Shown: positions 19,685 to 29,429, numbered from the stretch's first letter. The stretch: DNA of 64,000 nt from an uncultured delta proteobacterium (GCA_963735595.1 CAVTLK010000005.1:32001-96000), one strand, 5' to 3'. A program made the numbers and translations. The notes: generated by a model not told the origin, from the letters alone.

Positions 19685-20890
19685 TTATTCAACTGCCTTA
19701 CCGCACCCGTCGCAGAATTTCGCGTCATGGGGCATCTTCCTCCTGCATTGTGCGCACGTGATTTCCTCGGATTTCTTATTATCTGCCTTCACCACTTCGC
19801 CGCAGTGTTTGCAGAACTTGGCATCGGGAGTAATCGGCATTTTACACTTTCCGCATAGCAGTTCGTCGGGTTTTTTGATGATGGTGAGTGGTTTCCCTTT
19901 GATATCGTTCAAAAAGTCAGGGCTTTCAAGGAACGCCGAGAGCAAGAACGTGAAAGCAAGCGGGCTAGGGAATGATATATGGATTTTACCGTCGTCGACT
20001 ATCTCCCATAGCATAAGATCCGAAAGGTTCGCGCCGGTAACCTCAACCTTAAAATGGGTAACTTCGTTCTTTTCCGTTACCCGGCCGGAATAGAGGGTCA
20101 GGTTATTGCCAAGAGCCTTGAACCGATTCGATACTATTTCTGCGGTATTGGACAGTACGTATTTCCCACCCTTTTCGACAACAAGGCCTTTCTTTGTGAG
20201 TTGCGAAAGCGCCTGTGCAGTCCTTTCCTCCGATGGCGCATCGGCCTGTTCAAGATACTCCCCGAGACGGGCTATAAACCAGTGGCGGCTCAGGTTCTTC
20301 AGAGAAAGCCATTCGCCGATAACCTTGGGCGAAATCGGCACCGGCTCTTTCTGTGCGTTTTCCAAGAGGTCGATAAGGAGTTGCCTTCTCCTGAGGTCGA
20401 TCAAGCCGAAAAGTACGAATGCTTCGTCAAAGGACAATACCTCGTTTGCGTTGCACGTCGAAAAGAAGCTCGTCCCGAAATATTGGTTGAGCATAATGAG
20501 GAGCTCTTCGGTCGGCGCCGGGTCCTGTATCCTTAACGAGTCTTTGGTTTCATACAGTGAAACCGTTTTCTTATCGCGAAAGTAAATGATAAAGGAGTTA
20601 TAGGAACTGATACCACCGTATGTGACCCACGTGAACGACCCGGGTTTGGCAAGCAGCGAAAACGTCTGCCTGTATTTCTGGTTGATCTTCCCGCCGGCAA
20701 CGATCACGCCGAGGTTCGTCAAGGCTTTCTGGTCCGCTTCGGTCACCGGGGCCGCGCTCTCTGAAGAAAGAAACGGTGAAAGGTTTGTCTTCTCGCCGTC
20801 CAGCAATGAGCCGATATACTGGAACTGCCCTCTTGGAAGCCTAAGGTCGATTTTATCTACCATTATCAACTCGCTCAGATAATTTTCCAT
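19685..20890 (-). CDS. Hypothetical protein with C-terminal double zinc ribbon
   Basis: LCGKCKMPITPDAKFCKHCG and TCAQCRRKMPHDAKFCDGCG in a long intact ORF. Confidence 0.75.
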   Translation of the reverse strand: MENYLSELIMVDKIDLRLPRGQFQYIGSLLDGEKTNLSPFLSSESAAPVTEADQKALTNLGVIVAGGKINQKYRQTFSLLAKPGSFTWVTYGGISSYNSFIIYFRDKKTVSLYETKDSLRIQDPAPTEELLIMLNQYFGTSFFSTCNANEVLSFDEAFVLFGLIDLRRRQLLIDLLENAQKEPVPISPKVIGEWLSLKNLSRHWFIARLGEYLEQADAPSEERTAQALSQLTKKGLVVEKGGKYVLSNTAEIVSNRFKALGNNLTLYSGRVTEKNEVTHFKVEVTGANLSDLMLWEIVDDGKIHISFPSPLAFTFLLSAFLESPDFLNDIKGKPLTIIKKPDELLCGKCKMPITPDAKFCKHCGEVVKADNKKSEEITCAQCRRKMPHDAKFCDGCGKAVE

Positions 20891-20965
20891 TGTGTGAATT
20901 AAAAAATACGATTGCTGGGTCGTCGTTACCGTTAAAAGCAGCGTGTCGGTTTACGATAGAGTACG

Positions 20966-23014
20966 TTATTGCTCTCCCTCAGGCGAAGGGGTCGAGTAAA
21001 CGACCTCATCAATGACCGGGTCCGTCGCGAACTTTGTTGCTTCTCCGCCGAGCTGGACGCCCGCCTCTCCCGGCACCGATTTGACTACTTCTTTAATAGT
21101 TCCGGGAATATCGAGTCCGTGCCTCAAATCCATCCTGGTATACTTCGTAAAAGATTGGAAGTAGTCTTTTTGGAAGCCCGCAAGCTTTTTTACTAAACCG
21201 GAGGTCGCCTTTGTTGTCAGGATATTCTTCTTGGCAAGGGTATCATAGATACCGCTGGCGTATTTGTTGAAGCCAAGATCCTGACCGATCAGCCCTCCGG
21301 CAATCTCCGCCGAAGATTCTACTGCCCCCTTGAGCAGTCCGTTTACGGCCGCCTTTTTGAACTTATCTGAAAGCGTCCCGCGCGTCTCCGGGTCTTCCCG
21401 AACGTACTCGGCCTGCGCTTCACTCATCTCGCCCGCGACGTTTTTCGTGCCGATATAACCGAAATTTATCGCCTTGCCCAACGGTCCGGTCACGTTCGAT
21501 AGCGCGCTCATCGCCGTGTCGCATGCAAATCCGACGACTTTAAGGCCGCCGGTTATCGCCTGGAGTAACATCACCTTCGGCGAGTATTGCGAAATGGTTT
21601 CCGGCTCGGGAACGGCCTCCTCAACGGTAAGCGGTCCGCTGGTCAGAGAGACTTCGCCGTCCGGCGTAGAAAACGAATCCCATTGAGGCGTGGACCCATC
21701 GATAGATACAGGAATGACCGGAGTGCCAGAGGGAGTATCTCCAAATTGCAGGGAATCGCCAAGCACCATTCCCGGCTTTATCGGCCCGGCCGCATCCGGC
21801 GGTACCTGGATTAGGTTATCGAGGGTGAGCGTCGGAAACAGCGCCCCGAGGGCCGATGCAAGTGCCGGAGGAATCCCGTGGAGCAGTACCCGCTCAAAGC
21901 CCTGGCTGCCCCACCAGAGGACCCACGTCCCCCCCGCCTCCGACTTGCCGCCGTTATCGGCAAAGGCCAGGTCCGGGAAACAGGCTATCATGAGCATCTG
22001 GATGATTATCGGGGATAAGCAGAGGATCAACCCGGTTGTCTTATTCGAGATGGTCGGCGCCTTTATTTCAAAGAAGAGAAAGACGCCAAGGACCATGAGG
22101 ACGATGCCCGTAACAAATCCAAGGGCCCCCTTCAAGACCAGGGATACGATAAATCCAGGGATGAGGCCTACCATGATGAGATGGGCGGCGGAAAGCGAGA
22201 TGCCGTATTTCTCTTCCGGTTTCTTGACGACGGTCCGTATGATCCAGAGCCAGACCCGCCCGATGAACCGGGCGATCGCCCAGCCCAGGGAGGAGAGGCC
22301 GAAGACGGCCAGGAACAATGCGATGCCGACCCCGACGTTTCCGGTGATGACGTTAAACGGAGAGAAGAAGAGCGCGAGCCCCAAGCCGATGAGCAGCGCC
22401 CCAACCCCCGGAGTGCCGGCCTGATGGATACGCTCGATCATCATAACGGGCGCCTTGGTCAGCGTGGGCAGGAAGTTTTTTTTACCCATCTTGAACCAGG
22501 TGAAGACGAGCATCCAGAAAAAGCCGGAAAGGAGGCCCCAGAAGATCGTGGAGGAGAGGAAATTCTTCCAGTTGGAGAAGACCCAGTTGCCGGCGCCCCC
22601 CTGGCCGAAGCCCCCATTGACGTCGGCCAGAAGGTAGGTGTGGATTACCCAGGTAGTGAAAAAGGAGAGGATTACAAAGGGGATGCGTATGAGGACGTGC
22701 TTGATATAGCGGCCGGCCTTCGATTCCTTCTTCGTTCCCGTCGGGGGCGAGGAACCGGCGTCGGCCGTCGAGCCAGCCGTCGAGGTAGCCGACGTGATCG
22801 GAGCCGGAGCTTCAATCCGCTCGCCGGTAGCTTGCCACGCGCTCCCGTCCCACTTCAGGCAGGTGCCATCTTCCGTCACCTGCCACCAGGTTTTTGCATC
22901 ATCCTGAAAACGGAGTTTTTCGATCCCGACGCGGAAGGCCTCGTAGTCTAATCGGCCGGACGTATGCTCATTTTTCAGTGCCAGATACTTCTCGCGGGCT
23001 GCGTCTCGATCCAT
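20966..23014 (-). CDS. 682-aa multi-pass membrane protein of unknown function
   Basis: Intact ORF with a Trp-rich N-terminal module, roughly 9-10 hydrophobic segments and a Gly/Ala-rich helical C-terminus. AAGG RBS. Confidence 0.75.
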   Translation of the reverse strand: MDRDAAREKYLALKNEHTSGRLDYEAFRVGIEKLRFQDDAKTWWQVTEDGTCLKWDGSAWQATGERIEAPAPITSATSTAGSTADAGSSPPTGTKKESKAGRYIKHVLIRIPFVILSFFTTWVIHTYLLADVNGGFGQGGAGNWVFSNWKNFLSSTIFWGLLSGFFWMLVFTWFKMGKKNFLPTLTKAPVMMIERIHQAGTPGVGALLIGLGLALFFSPFNVITGNVGVGIALFLAVFGLSSLGWAIARFIGRVWLWIIRTVVKKPEEKYGISLSAAHLIMVGLIPGFIVSLVLKGALGFVTGIVLMVLGVFLFFEIKAPTISNKTTGLILCLSPIIIQMLMIACFPDLAFADNGGKSEAGGTWVLWWGSQGFERVLLHGIPPALASALGALFPTLTLDNLIQVPPDAAGPIKPGMVLGDSLQFGDTPSGTPVIPVSIDGSTPQWDSFSTPDGEVSLTSGPLTVEEAVPEPETISQYSPKVMLLQAITGGLKVVGFACDTAMSALSNVTGPLGKAINFGYIGTKNVAGEMSEAQAEYVREDPETRGTLSDKFKKAAVNGLLKGAVESSAEIAGGLIGQDLGFNKYASGIYDTLAKKNILTTKATSGLVKKLAGFQKDYFQSFTKYTRMDLRHGLDIPGTIKEVVKSVPGEAGVQLGGEATKFATDPVIDEVVYSTPSPEGEQ

Positions 23015-23047
23015 GCGGCACCTTAACCCTTTTGTTTACTCGAAGCA

Positions 23048-23077
23048 ATTGTAGTATAACTATGGACGCGGTGTCAA
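23048..23077 (-). promoter_or_regulatory. Putative sigma70 promoter for the 682-aa gene
   Basis: TTGACA-18-TACAAT on the minus strand. Confidence 0.5.
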
Positions 23078-23101
23078 GTCATTGATTGAAAGAGCCTTCA
23101 C

Positions 23102-24148
23102 CTATTTAACCAATTCAAGCGCGTTGCGCTCGATGACCGTCACTCCATTAAGTGTGCCGAACCAGAGGTTTCTATCCTCATCCTCGACGATGCTCGTGAT
23201 CTCCTGATGGGGGAACCCGTCTCTTGTCGAAAGGACCGTGAAGGTACCGTTATGGAGCCGCGCGACCCCCTCGGTTTCCGAGCCGAACCAGAGGTCCCCG
23301 GCTGAATCCGGAAATATCGTCCGAACCCGCCATCCGGCCAGTCCGTCCTCTTTCGTGAGGGTCTGCCCGATGCGCCATGAGTCTTTTTCCCTGACAAACA
23401 ATGCCGCCCCTCCGTGCTCGAAATAGCCGGTCCCGGCCCAGATTTTATCCGGTGTCTGCTCAAGAAGAGAAGTAATATCGTTGTGGGGGAGCCCCTCCTT
23501 GACCGTGAAATAGCGCCACTGCCCGTCCCGGTGGCAGCTGATGCCGCCGGCGGGCGCCACGTGAGAGCCGAACCACATCCCGCCCCGGGAATCGGCAAGT
23601 ATCACGTTTACCATGTTATGCAGCAACCCCTGTGCGGTGGTGATCGTCTCGATTCGGGAGAAATCCCGATCCGGAATGATAGCGACGCCCCCCCAGGTCC
23701 CCACCCACAGCGATCCGTCGCGGTTGAGTAGGAGGGCATTAACACGGTTGTCGGGTAATCCGTCTTCAGTTGTGTAGGTCGAGAGCTTCCCTTTATCCCA
23801 GCGGGAGAGCCCGTTGAAATGCGCAATCCATACGGCGCCTGTGTCATCGACCAGGATATCCTTCACGTAGGTCAGGGGCGGCTCCGATTTGATCTCGTGT
23901 CGGACCGTTTTTGACTTCGTATCGATCTCAAAGGCGCCGTCCATCCCCCCCGCCCATATGGTATTTCCCTGTATCTCCAGGCACATGACGTTTACGGGCG
24001 GACGAATGACGGTCCAGCCCGGCGGCGGGGGCGGATCGATGAACAGGCGGTAGATGAGCCGGTCCGCCCAGACAGCCGCGGCAAACACCACGAGAAAGAC
24101 GATGCTGATGATAACGCGTCTTGCGGGTCTTTTGCGATCCGGGCTCAT
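23102..24148 (-). CDS. Membrane-anchored beta-propeller (two-component regulator propeller repeats), stand-alone
   Basis: Repeats of GLPDNRVNAL..DGSLWVGTWGG, GLLHNMVN..GGMWFG and GFPHQEITSIVEDEDRNLWFGT. N-terminal TM; ATGA overlap with the ABC ATPase. Confidence 0.82.
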   Translation of the reverse strand: MSPDRKRPARRVIISIVFLVVFAAAVWADRLIYRLFIDPPPPPGWTVIRPPVNVMCLEIQGNTIWAGGMDGAFEIDTKSKTVRHEIKSEPPLTYVKDILVDDTGAVWIAHFNGLSRWDKGKLSTYTTEDGLPDNRVNALLLNRDGSLWVGTWGGVAIIPDRDFSRIETITTAQGLLHNMVNVILADSRGGMWFGSHVAPAGGISCHRDGQWRYFTVKEGLPHNDITSLLEQTPDKIWAGTGYFEHGGAALFVREKDSWRIGQTLTKEDGLAGWRVRTIFPDSAGDLWFGSETEGVARLHNGTFTVLSTRDGFPHQEITSIVEDEDRNLWFGTLNGVTVIERNALELVK

Positions 24149-24812
24149 GGTTTTACTCGACCGGGGGCAGCGTGTGCGATACGTCCCGCCCTGAGGACAA
24201 GATGTTGCCCCGCCAGCGCGTGTGCTTCCGTTTCGTCGTGGGTCACGTAGACGAGGCAGGCGGCGGTCTCCTTTTGCGTCTTCATGATAAAGGTAAGGAG
24301 CCGTTCCTTCAACTGGGGGTCGAGGCTCGTCAGCGGCTCGTCCATGAGGAGGTAGTGCGGCCGCGCGGCGACCGCCCGGGCAAGGGCAACGCGCCGCTTT
24401 TCCCCACCGGAAAGCTTTGACGGGTATCGTCCGGCAAGGTGGGTCAGATCGGCGTCCGCAAGCACCTCCCTCATGCGCTCGTCGGCCGCTCTTTTTTGAG
24501 ACCCGTCAGGCCAAAGCCCACGTGCTGGACCACCGTCATATGCGGCCAGAGCGCCGGCGACTGGAACACGAACCCGATATGGCGCATGTGCGGGGGAAGC
24601 GCCCATCCGGGTGTGCTTACCAGATCCCCCCCGAGGAATATCTCGCCCTCGTCGGGGAGATCCAGACCCGCTATCAGGCGCAGCAGCGTGGTCTTGCCGC
24701 TTCCCGATGCGCCGCTGATCACGCACGAGCCGGAGTCCTCTACCGCAAATGAGACGCTATCAAGGACGGCTGTCTCGCCGAAGCGTTTTGTGATGTTATT
24801 GACTCGAATCAT
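24145..24812 (-). CDS. ABC transporter ATP-binding protein (one apparent frameshift ~24480)
   Basis: GASGSGKT, VFQSPALWPHMTV, LSGGEKRRVALARA, LLMDEP and VTHD. Confidence 0.85.
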
Positions 24813-26420
24813 CGTTTCTCTCTGATGTTGCCTTATGTCGGCCTAAGAGCCACAAAAAAACGGCAAAGAGGACCAGAAATCCCCAGCTCATCACGAGCGA
24901 GAGCGCCGCGGTCTGGGGTGTTGCTCCGTAATGGAGGTACGTGAATATTCGCGGGATCACGGCATCGACGCCGGGAGGAAGAACAAGAAGCGTTCCCGAA
25001 AGCTCGCCTGCGGCCAACACCCCCACCAGGATTCCCGCGGCAATGATTCCCGGGAGCATCAGCGGTAACCTGACCTTTATAAATCCGACTGCCGGACCCG
25101 GCTCGTGCACCGCGGCTGCGTCGATCAGGATCGGGTCGATCCGCCGCCCGAAAGTAAAGAGGAGGATGGCCGCCCACGGGCAGAACCGACCCACCGATAC
25201 CATGATCGGAAATATGAGGGTATCATTGAGGGGCGCGAAAGCCGGCAGGTTACCCATGTATATCAATCCTATCCCGAAGAGAGACCCCGGGATCGCCGGC
25301 ATCACAAGGGCTATGACCCACAGGATCTTGCCCGCGCGTCCAATCCTACGTATGCCCTCGGCCCACAAAAAGGAGGGAGCCAGCGCAATCAATGCCGCAG
25401 ACAGGGCGCAGATCACCGTGGTATAGATTGCGCCCTTTGCGGACGTAACGGCGGCAGCGAGATTTGAGACCGATCCGACGTCAAAACAGAGTGCGAACGT
25501 CGGTACGACGAAACAGAAGAAGGCCAGGGCAAGGCAGGCAACGGCAAGACGACCGGTCCATGGCCCAAACCCGAGTTGAAGACTCGCGCCCAATGGCCCC
25601 TTCGGGGTCTCGGCCGCTACGTCCCTCATCGTGGACTGAGCGGATACTACGACCGCGGCAGCAATAACAAGGAGCGGCACCGAGAGGAGAAGCGCACGCG
25701 CGGGATTATTCTCGGTCGAAAAATCGGAGAATATCTCGAGCGGATAGACGTTCACGGAAAAGAGGGAGGCAATCGTATAATCGGAAAGCGTCATGACAAA
25801 CAGGAAGACCGAAACGGTGATGAGGGCCGGGAAGATCAACGGAAGTGCGACCGAGAGCAGGGTCTTTTGGTCGTCTCCCATCGTCCGCGCGGCATCAATG
25901 AGCAAGGGGTCCAGATTCCTGAGGGAGATCAGACAGATGCCGAATGAGAACGGGATAAGAGACATCGTCTGCACCCATACGGCGCCGAACCACCCCCACA
26001 GGGGAGGAAAAAAGAAGCCGTGGGCGGTCAGCCATCCCCGGACGTGGGCCCATCCCCCCATCCATGCCAGGGCGTGGATCGTGGGGGGATCGGCAGAACG
26101 GCCAGAAACAGAATCGGTAGGATCCGCGCCCATCGGCCCTTCCGCGCAACGAAGAAAGATGCGGAGAAAATTCCGATAACGGTACCGCATACCGAAACCC
26201 CCGCCGCATATACGAGGCTTGAAAGCAGAAGTGAAAGCCTCCTTCCGGCGGGAAGCATTAACGACAGGGCATGGGGCCCGTTCTGCGCTATTTCTTTCAC
26301 GACGGGGAGGATAAGAAAGAGCAGCGGGCCAAAGACGAGCAGGAAAAAGGAAACTAAGCCGATTGAGGCCAATACCTTGCCGGAGGAAAACGGCGCATCG
26401 GCTTGTTCGTGTAGAGGCAT
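24796..26420 (-). CDS. ABC transporter permease, FbpB/Fe3+-thiamine type with two domains (apparent frameshift at a G-run ~26085)
   Basis: Two EAA-like loops (LDPLLIDAARTMG, IDPILIDAAAVH) and many TMs. Confidence 0.82.
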
Positions 26421-26432
26421 TCTGTTCGCGTC

Positions 26433-27464
26433 CTACTGTAGGAAGATCTCGCTCAGGTCGTCTTTGGCTGGCGAGAGATTCTTGACTATCTCGGGATACG
26501 CGACATCCATCCCCTTTATACCGATCATCGGGATACATTCAGGCTTTTTGCCGGATTCACGAACGGTGGTCTGGAAGAATCCGGCGCCAACCAGGGCGTC
26601 TTCGTTTTCCGCCGCAACAAGGTAATCGATGAGTTTTTCTCCGTTTTGCGGGTTTGGGCCACCCAGTATCAGGGCAACGCTACTCGGGACGATGAGCGTA
26701 CCGAAGGTCTCCTGGTCGGGGAAGACCACGGCTACCGGGTCTCCCCGGTCTACGGCAACGCAGGCGTCGTCGGTATCGGTCAGCCCCATCATGAGCTCAC
26801 CACGGGCCACGAGGTCCCGTACGAGGGCATTGCCGTCTATAATACGAACTCCGCGTTCCCTGATATCGCCGAAGAACGCTTTTGCCTCGTCTTTGCCCCA
26901 GAGCCCATAGAGCGCGGCCGCATGGGTCTTGGTCGTACCGAAAAGCGGATTTGCAATACCTATCCGATCTGCGGGCCATCGTGGATCGAGAAAATCGTAA
27001 ATGGAGCGGGGAAATTCTTCCCTTTTCACGAGATTTGTATTGATTATAATTATTCGCGCCCTCCCACCAAAACAGGTCCAATACCCCTCGGGGTCTTTAA
27101 ACTGCACGGGGATATCGGCGGCGTTTGGTGAGGTGTATGGAGTCAAAACTCCGTCTTCCTGGAGAAGAATCGTCTGCGAGAATTCATTGTTCCAGAAGAC
27201 GTCTGCCCGCGGGCGGGCCTTCTCTGTGGCGAGTCTTGTGACAAGCCCCGTAGTTTTAGAGGCTTCTACGTCGTAGACCGCCTTCACTGTTATGCCGGTG
27301 TTCTTCTGAAATTCGTTAAAGATCGGCTCGGCGTACTCACGGTCAACGGCGGTGTAGACGACCACTTCCTTCGTCTTATCCGTCGTGCAGGAAACAAGAA
27401 ACAATAAAGGCACCATAATCAGTACCGCAGCGTACGAAATCGTTTTTCTCATACGTGTTCCCAT
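26433..27464 (-). CDS. ABC transporter substrate-binding lipoprotein (FbpA/AfuA-like)
   Basis: Lipobox LVSC, VVVYTAVD, RPRADVFWNNE and IANPLFGTT. Confidence 0.85.
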   Translation of the reverse strand: MGTRMRKTISYAAVLIMVPLLFLVSCTTDKTKEVVVYTAVDREYAEPIFNEFQKNTGITVKAVYDVEASKTTGLVTRLATEKARPRADVFWNNEFSQTILLQEDGVLTPYTSPNAADIPVQFKDPEGYWTCFGGRARIIIINTNLVKREEFPRSIYDFLDPRWPADRIGIANPLFGTTKTHAAALYGLWGKDEAKAFFGDIRERGVRIIDGNALVRDLVARGELMMGLTDTDDACVAVDRGDPVAVVFPDQETFGTLIVPSSVALILGGPNPQNGEKLIDYLVAAENEDALVGAGFFQTTVRESGKKPECIPMIGIKGMDVAYPEIVKNLSPAKDDLSEIFLQ

Positions 27465-27640
27465 GTTAAGACTCTTTATACCTCCAGTAGGTTGAAAACA
27501 TGCCTCTAAACCCTATCGCAACAGAAGTCAGAAGACCGGACGATGTGTCGATTAAGCCCCCGGTCTCGCCATCCATAGCAAGTCATATGAAAATACGCAA
27601 GACCCGGTCAATGAGGCGACCTGTCTCCCGGCGTGTATGT

Positions 27641-28321
27641 CTACGAGCTTGACGGTCTGGGAAGCTTCGGGATTAGCCATGAGAGGAAAGCCCTCTCGCT
27701 TCTGGTTTGGAGCGCCACCGTTCCCGGCCCGGTCAACTCCACCACGAGACCCTCACCGGAAAAGAGGGTGCTCTTGAGACCGCCGACCGCTTTAACCTGA
27801 TACCCTATCCCCTCGTCGAAGGCCACCAGGTGCGTCGTATCGACGACGTACTTTTGGCCCTGCGCAAGCGTCATGGTGTGTATCGCACCATAGCTTGAGA
27901 GTATCAATGTCCCCGAGCCGCTGATCCTGAGCATGAAGAGGCCCTCGCCCCCAAAGAAGGTCTTCGCGCCGCCCCATTTAGTATCGACGGTAATCCCGTC
28001 CGACGAGGCCAGGTACGAGCCTGACTGCACGAGGAGCGCCGCGTTGCTGAGGTTGGTTGTGATGATGTCTCCGGGCAGGGTTGGGGCAAGGGTAATCTCG
28101 CCGCCCCCGGACGGGGCAGTATAGGTGTTGATGAAGAAGCTTTCGCCTCCAAGGACCGAGCGGGTAAGGGACTTGAGGATGCCCCCGCGCGCCTGGGTAT
28201 CGATAATAAGATCGGGCGACATACTCACCATCGCCCCCGACTCGGTCCTGATTACTTCATTCGGGCCGAGCTTAACTACGGCAAGAGAAAAGGAAGGACG
28301 GTAGAGAATCTCGGTCTGCAT
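27641..28321 (-). CDS. TIGR00266 / AIM24 family protein
   Basis: ESGAMVSMS, GGESFFIN, PTLPGDI, FFGGEGLF, SSYGAIH, VDTTHLVAF and SGEGLVVELTGPG..QTR. Confidence 0.9.
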   Translation of the reverse strand: MQTEILYRPSFSLAVVKLGPNEVIRTESGAMVSMSPDLIIDTQARGGILKSLTRSVLGGESFFINTYTAPSGGGEITLAPTLPGDIITTNLSNAALLVQSGSYLASSDGITVDTKWGGAKTFFGGEGLFMLRISGSGTLILSSYGAIHTMTLAQGQKYVVDTTHLVAFDEGIGYQVKAVGGLKSTLFSGEGLVVELTGPGTVALQTRSERAFLSWLIPKLPRPSSS

Positions 28322-28772
28322 AGTAACTCCTTACGATATAACGGATCTATAAAAAAAAGAATATGTGACGGTCACATCGGTGAAATTACGACTTGATTTC
28401 ATGTCATCTATCATCGTAACCCGCATAAGAATTCCTCAGTCGCGTGATCCGTTTCGGATGGGATCCTGTATAAGACTCAAACCATTCTATCGGCCAGATG
28501 GATTATACGTATGGAGGCGCGGATCTGTCAATACATTACGCTTTTGCGGGCGGTTGCCAGAAACCCAGACCGTCAGATCGGGGACGTGATTGACGCATGT
28601 TTGGACTTATTAGAAGCATTGTATGTGATTATCTAAAGTCATATCCGCGAAAATAGTATGCTACAAAATAGTGTCATAAAACCGAGGAATCAGAGAGCAT
28701 TCTCGGGCATTGTAGGAAATCTGAAATGCAATGATGTTAATACGTTATCATATAAAATTTGGGCGATATTTG

Positions 28773-28845
28773 GTGTCACTTTTGTGTCACTTTTTTCTCA
28801 GAAAACCGGTATTTTTCGGTATATTCCGGTATATTCCGGTATAGG
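28773..28845. repeat. Tandem direct repeats near attR: GTGTCACTTTT x2 and a CCGGTATATT-like 10-mer x4
   Basis: Read directly at 28773-28794 and 28806-28845. Confidence 0.75.
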
Positions 28846-28913
28846 CAAATTTCACCTAACTATTTGATATGATTGGAAAAGTTCAATAATTACCCAGCTC
28901 TACCATACCAGTA

Positions 28914-28979
28914 GCAGGGGACTCAAAATCCCCCGACCCCCGGGTCGTGTCGGTTCGATTCCGACCTCCGGCACCAAAA
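28914..28979 (+). repeat. Duplicated 3' portion of tRNA-Leu (attR-like)
   Basis: Identical to 18653-18718. Lacks the 5' acceptor strand and D-arm. Confidence 0.93.
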
Positions 28980-28993
28980 TCGTTAATCAAGTC

Positions 28994-29027
28994 AAGGGGC
29001 CTCACTGACGCGTGAGACCCCTTTTTT
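28994..29027 (+). terminator. Intrinsic terminator after the tRNA-Leu fragment
   Basis: AAGGGGCCTCAC...GTGAGACCCCTTTTTT. Confidence 0.75.
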
Positions 29028-29275
29028 GCCCGGCGCCGGGATTACTTGCAACCACGTGTATATATCGTCTCCTTTCTTTCAGACACATCACCGAGACAGA
29101 CGGATAGCTGCCCCGCAATTTTCCTGCCGGATGAGATATATTCCACTCAAACAGGATTTTGTTCTATCGGGCAGGCGGTTATTCCAGCCGCGTTTTAAAT
29201 CCACAATGAATAAAATTCGGGATATACCCAGTAATATCAGCGTGTTTCATTATGTCTTACGTCTCGTGCAATTAG

Positions 29276-29291
29276 CGGCACGATATTTGCT
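29276..29291 (+). promoter_or_regulatory. sigma-54 (-24/-12) promoter upstream of the hemerythrin-like gene
   Basis: CGGCAC-GATAT-TTGCT matches YGGCAC-N5-TTGCW. Confidence 0.65.
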
Positions 29292-29429
29292 TTATACGTA
29301 GTATGCGAGAGGTGGTATCGGACCGCGACTCTCCAATTATGCTGAATACCGTACATATACCGAGCAACGTACGAGCCGTCAAGAAGGATTCGTTCAATAA
29401 AAGCCATCGGGGCCAGGGAGGACGATACG

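Larger units (their letters stand above)
18653..28979. mobile_element. Genomic island integrated at tRNA-Leu(CAA); no integrase within
   Basis: 66-bp perfect direct repeat at 18653-18718 and 28914-28979. Accessory cargo all on the minus strand. AT-rich, repeat-rich region before the right copy. Confidence 0.8.

Noticed and set aside
28330..28910. CRISPR array, riboswitch or integrase remnant in the long intergenic region
   Set aside because: The repeats are contiguous 10-11-mers without spacers. I recognised no riboswitch consensus or recombinase motif by eye; an Rfam/tBLASTn search would settle it.
28914..28979. Second functional tRNA-Leu
   Set aside because: It lacks the first 24 nt (5' acceptor strand and D-arm) and cannot form a cloverleaf.
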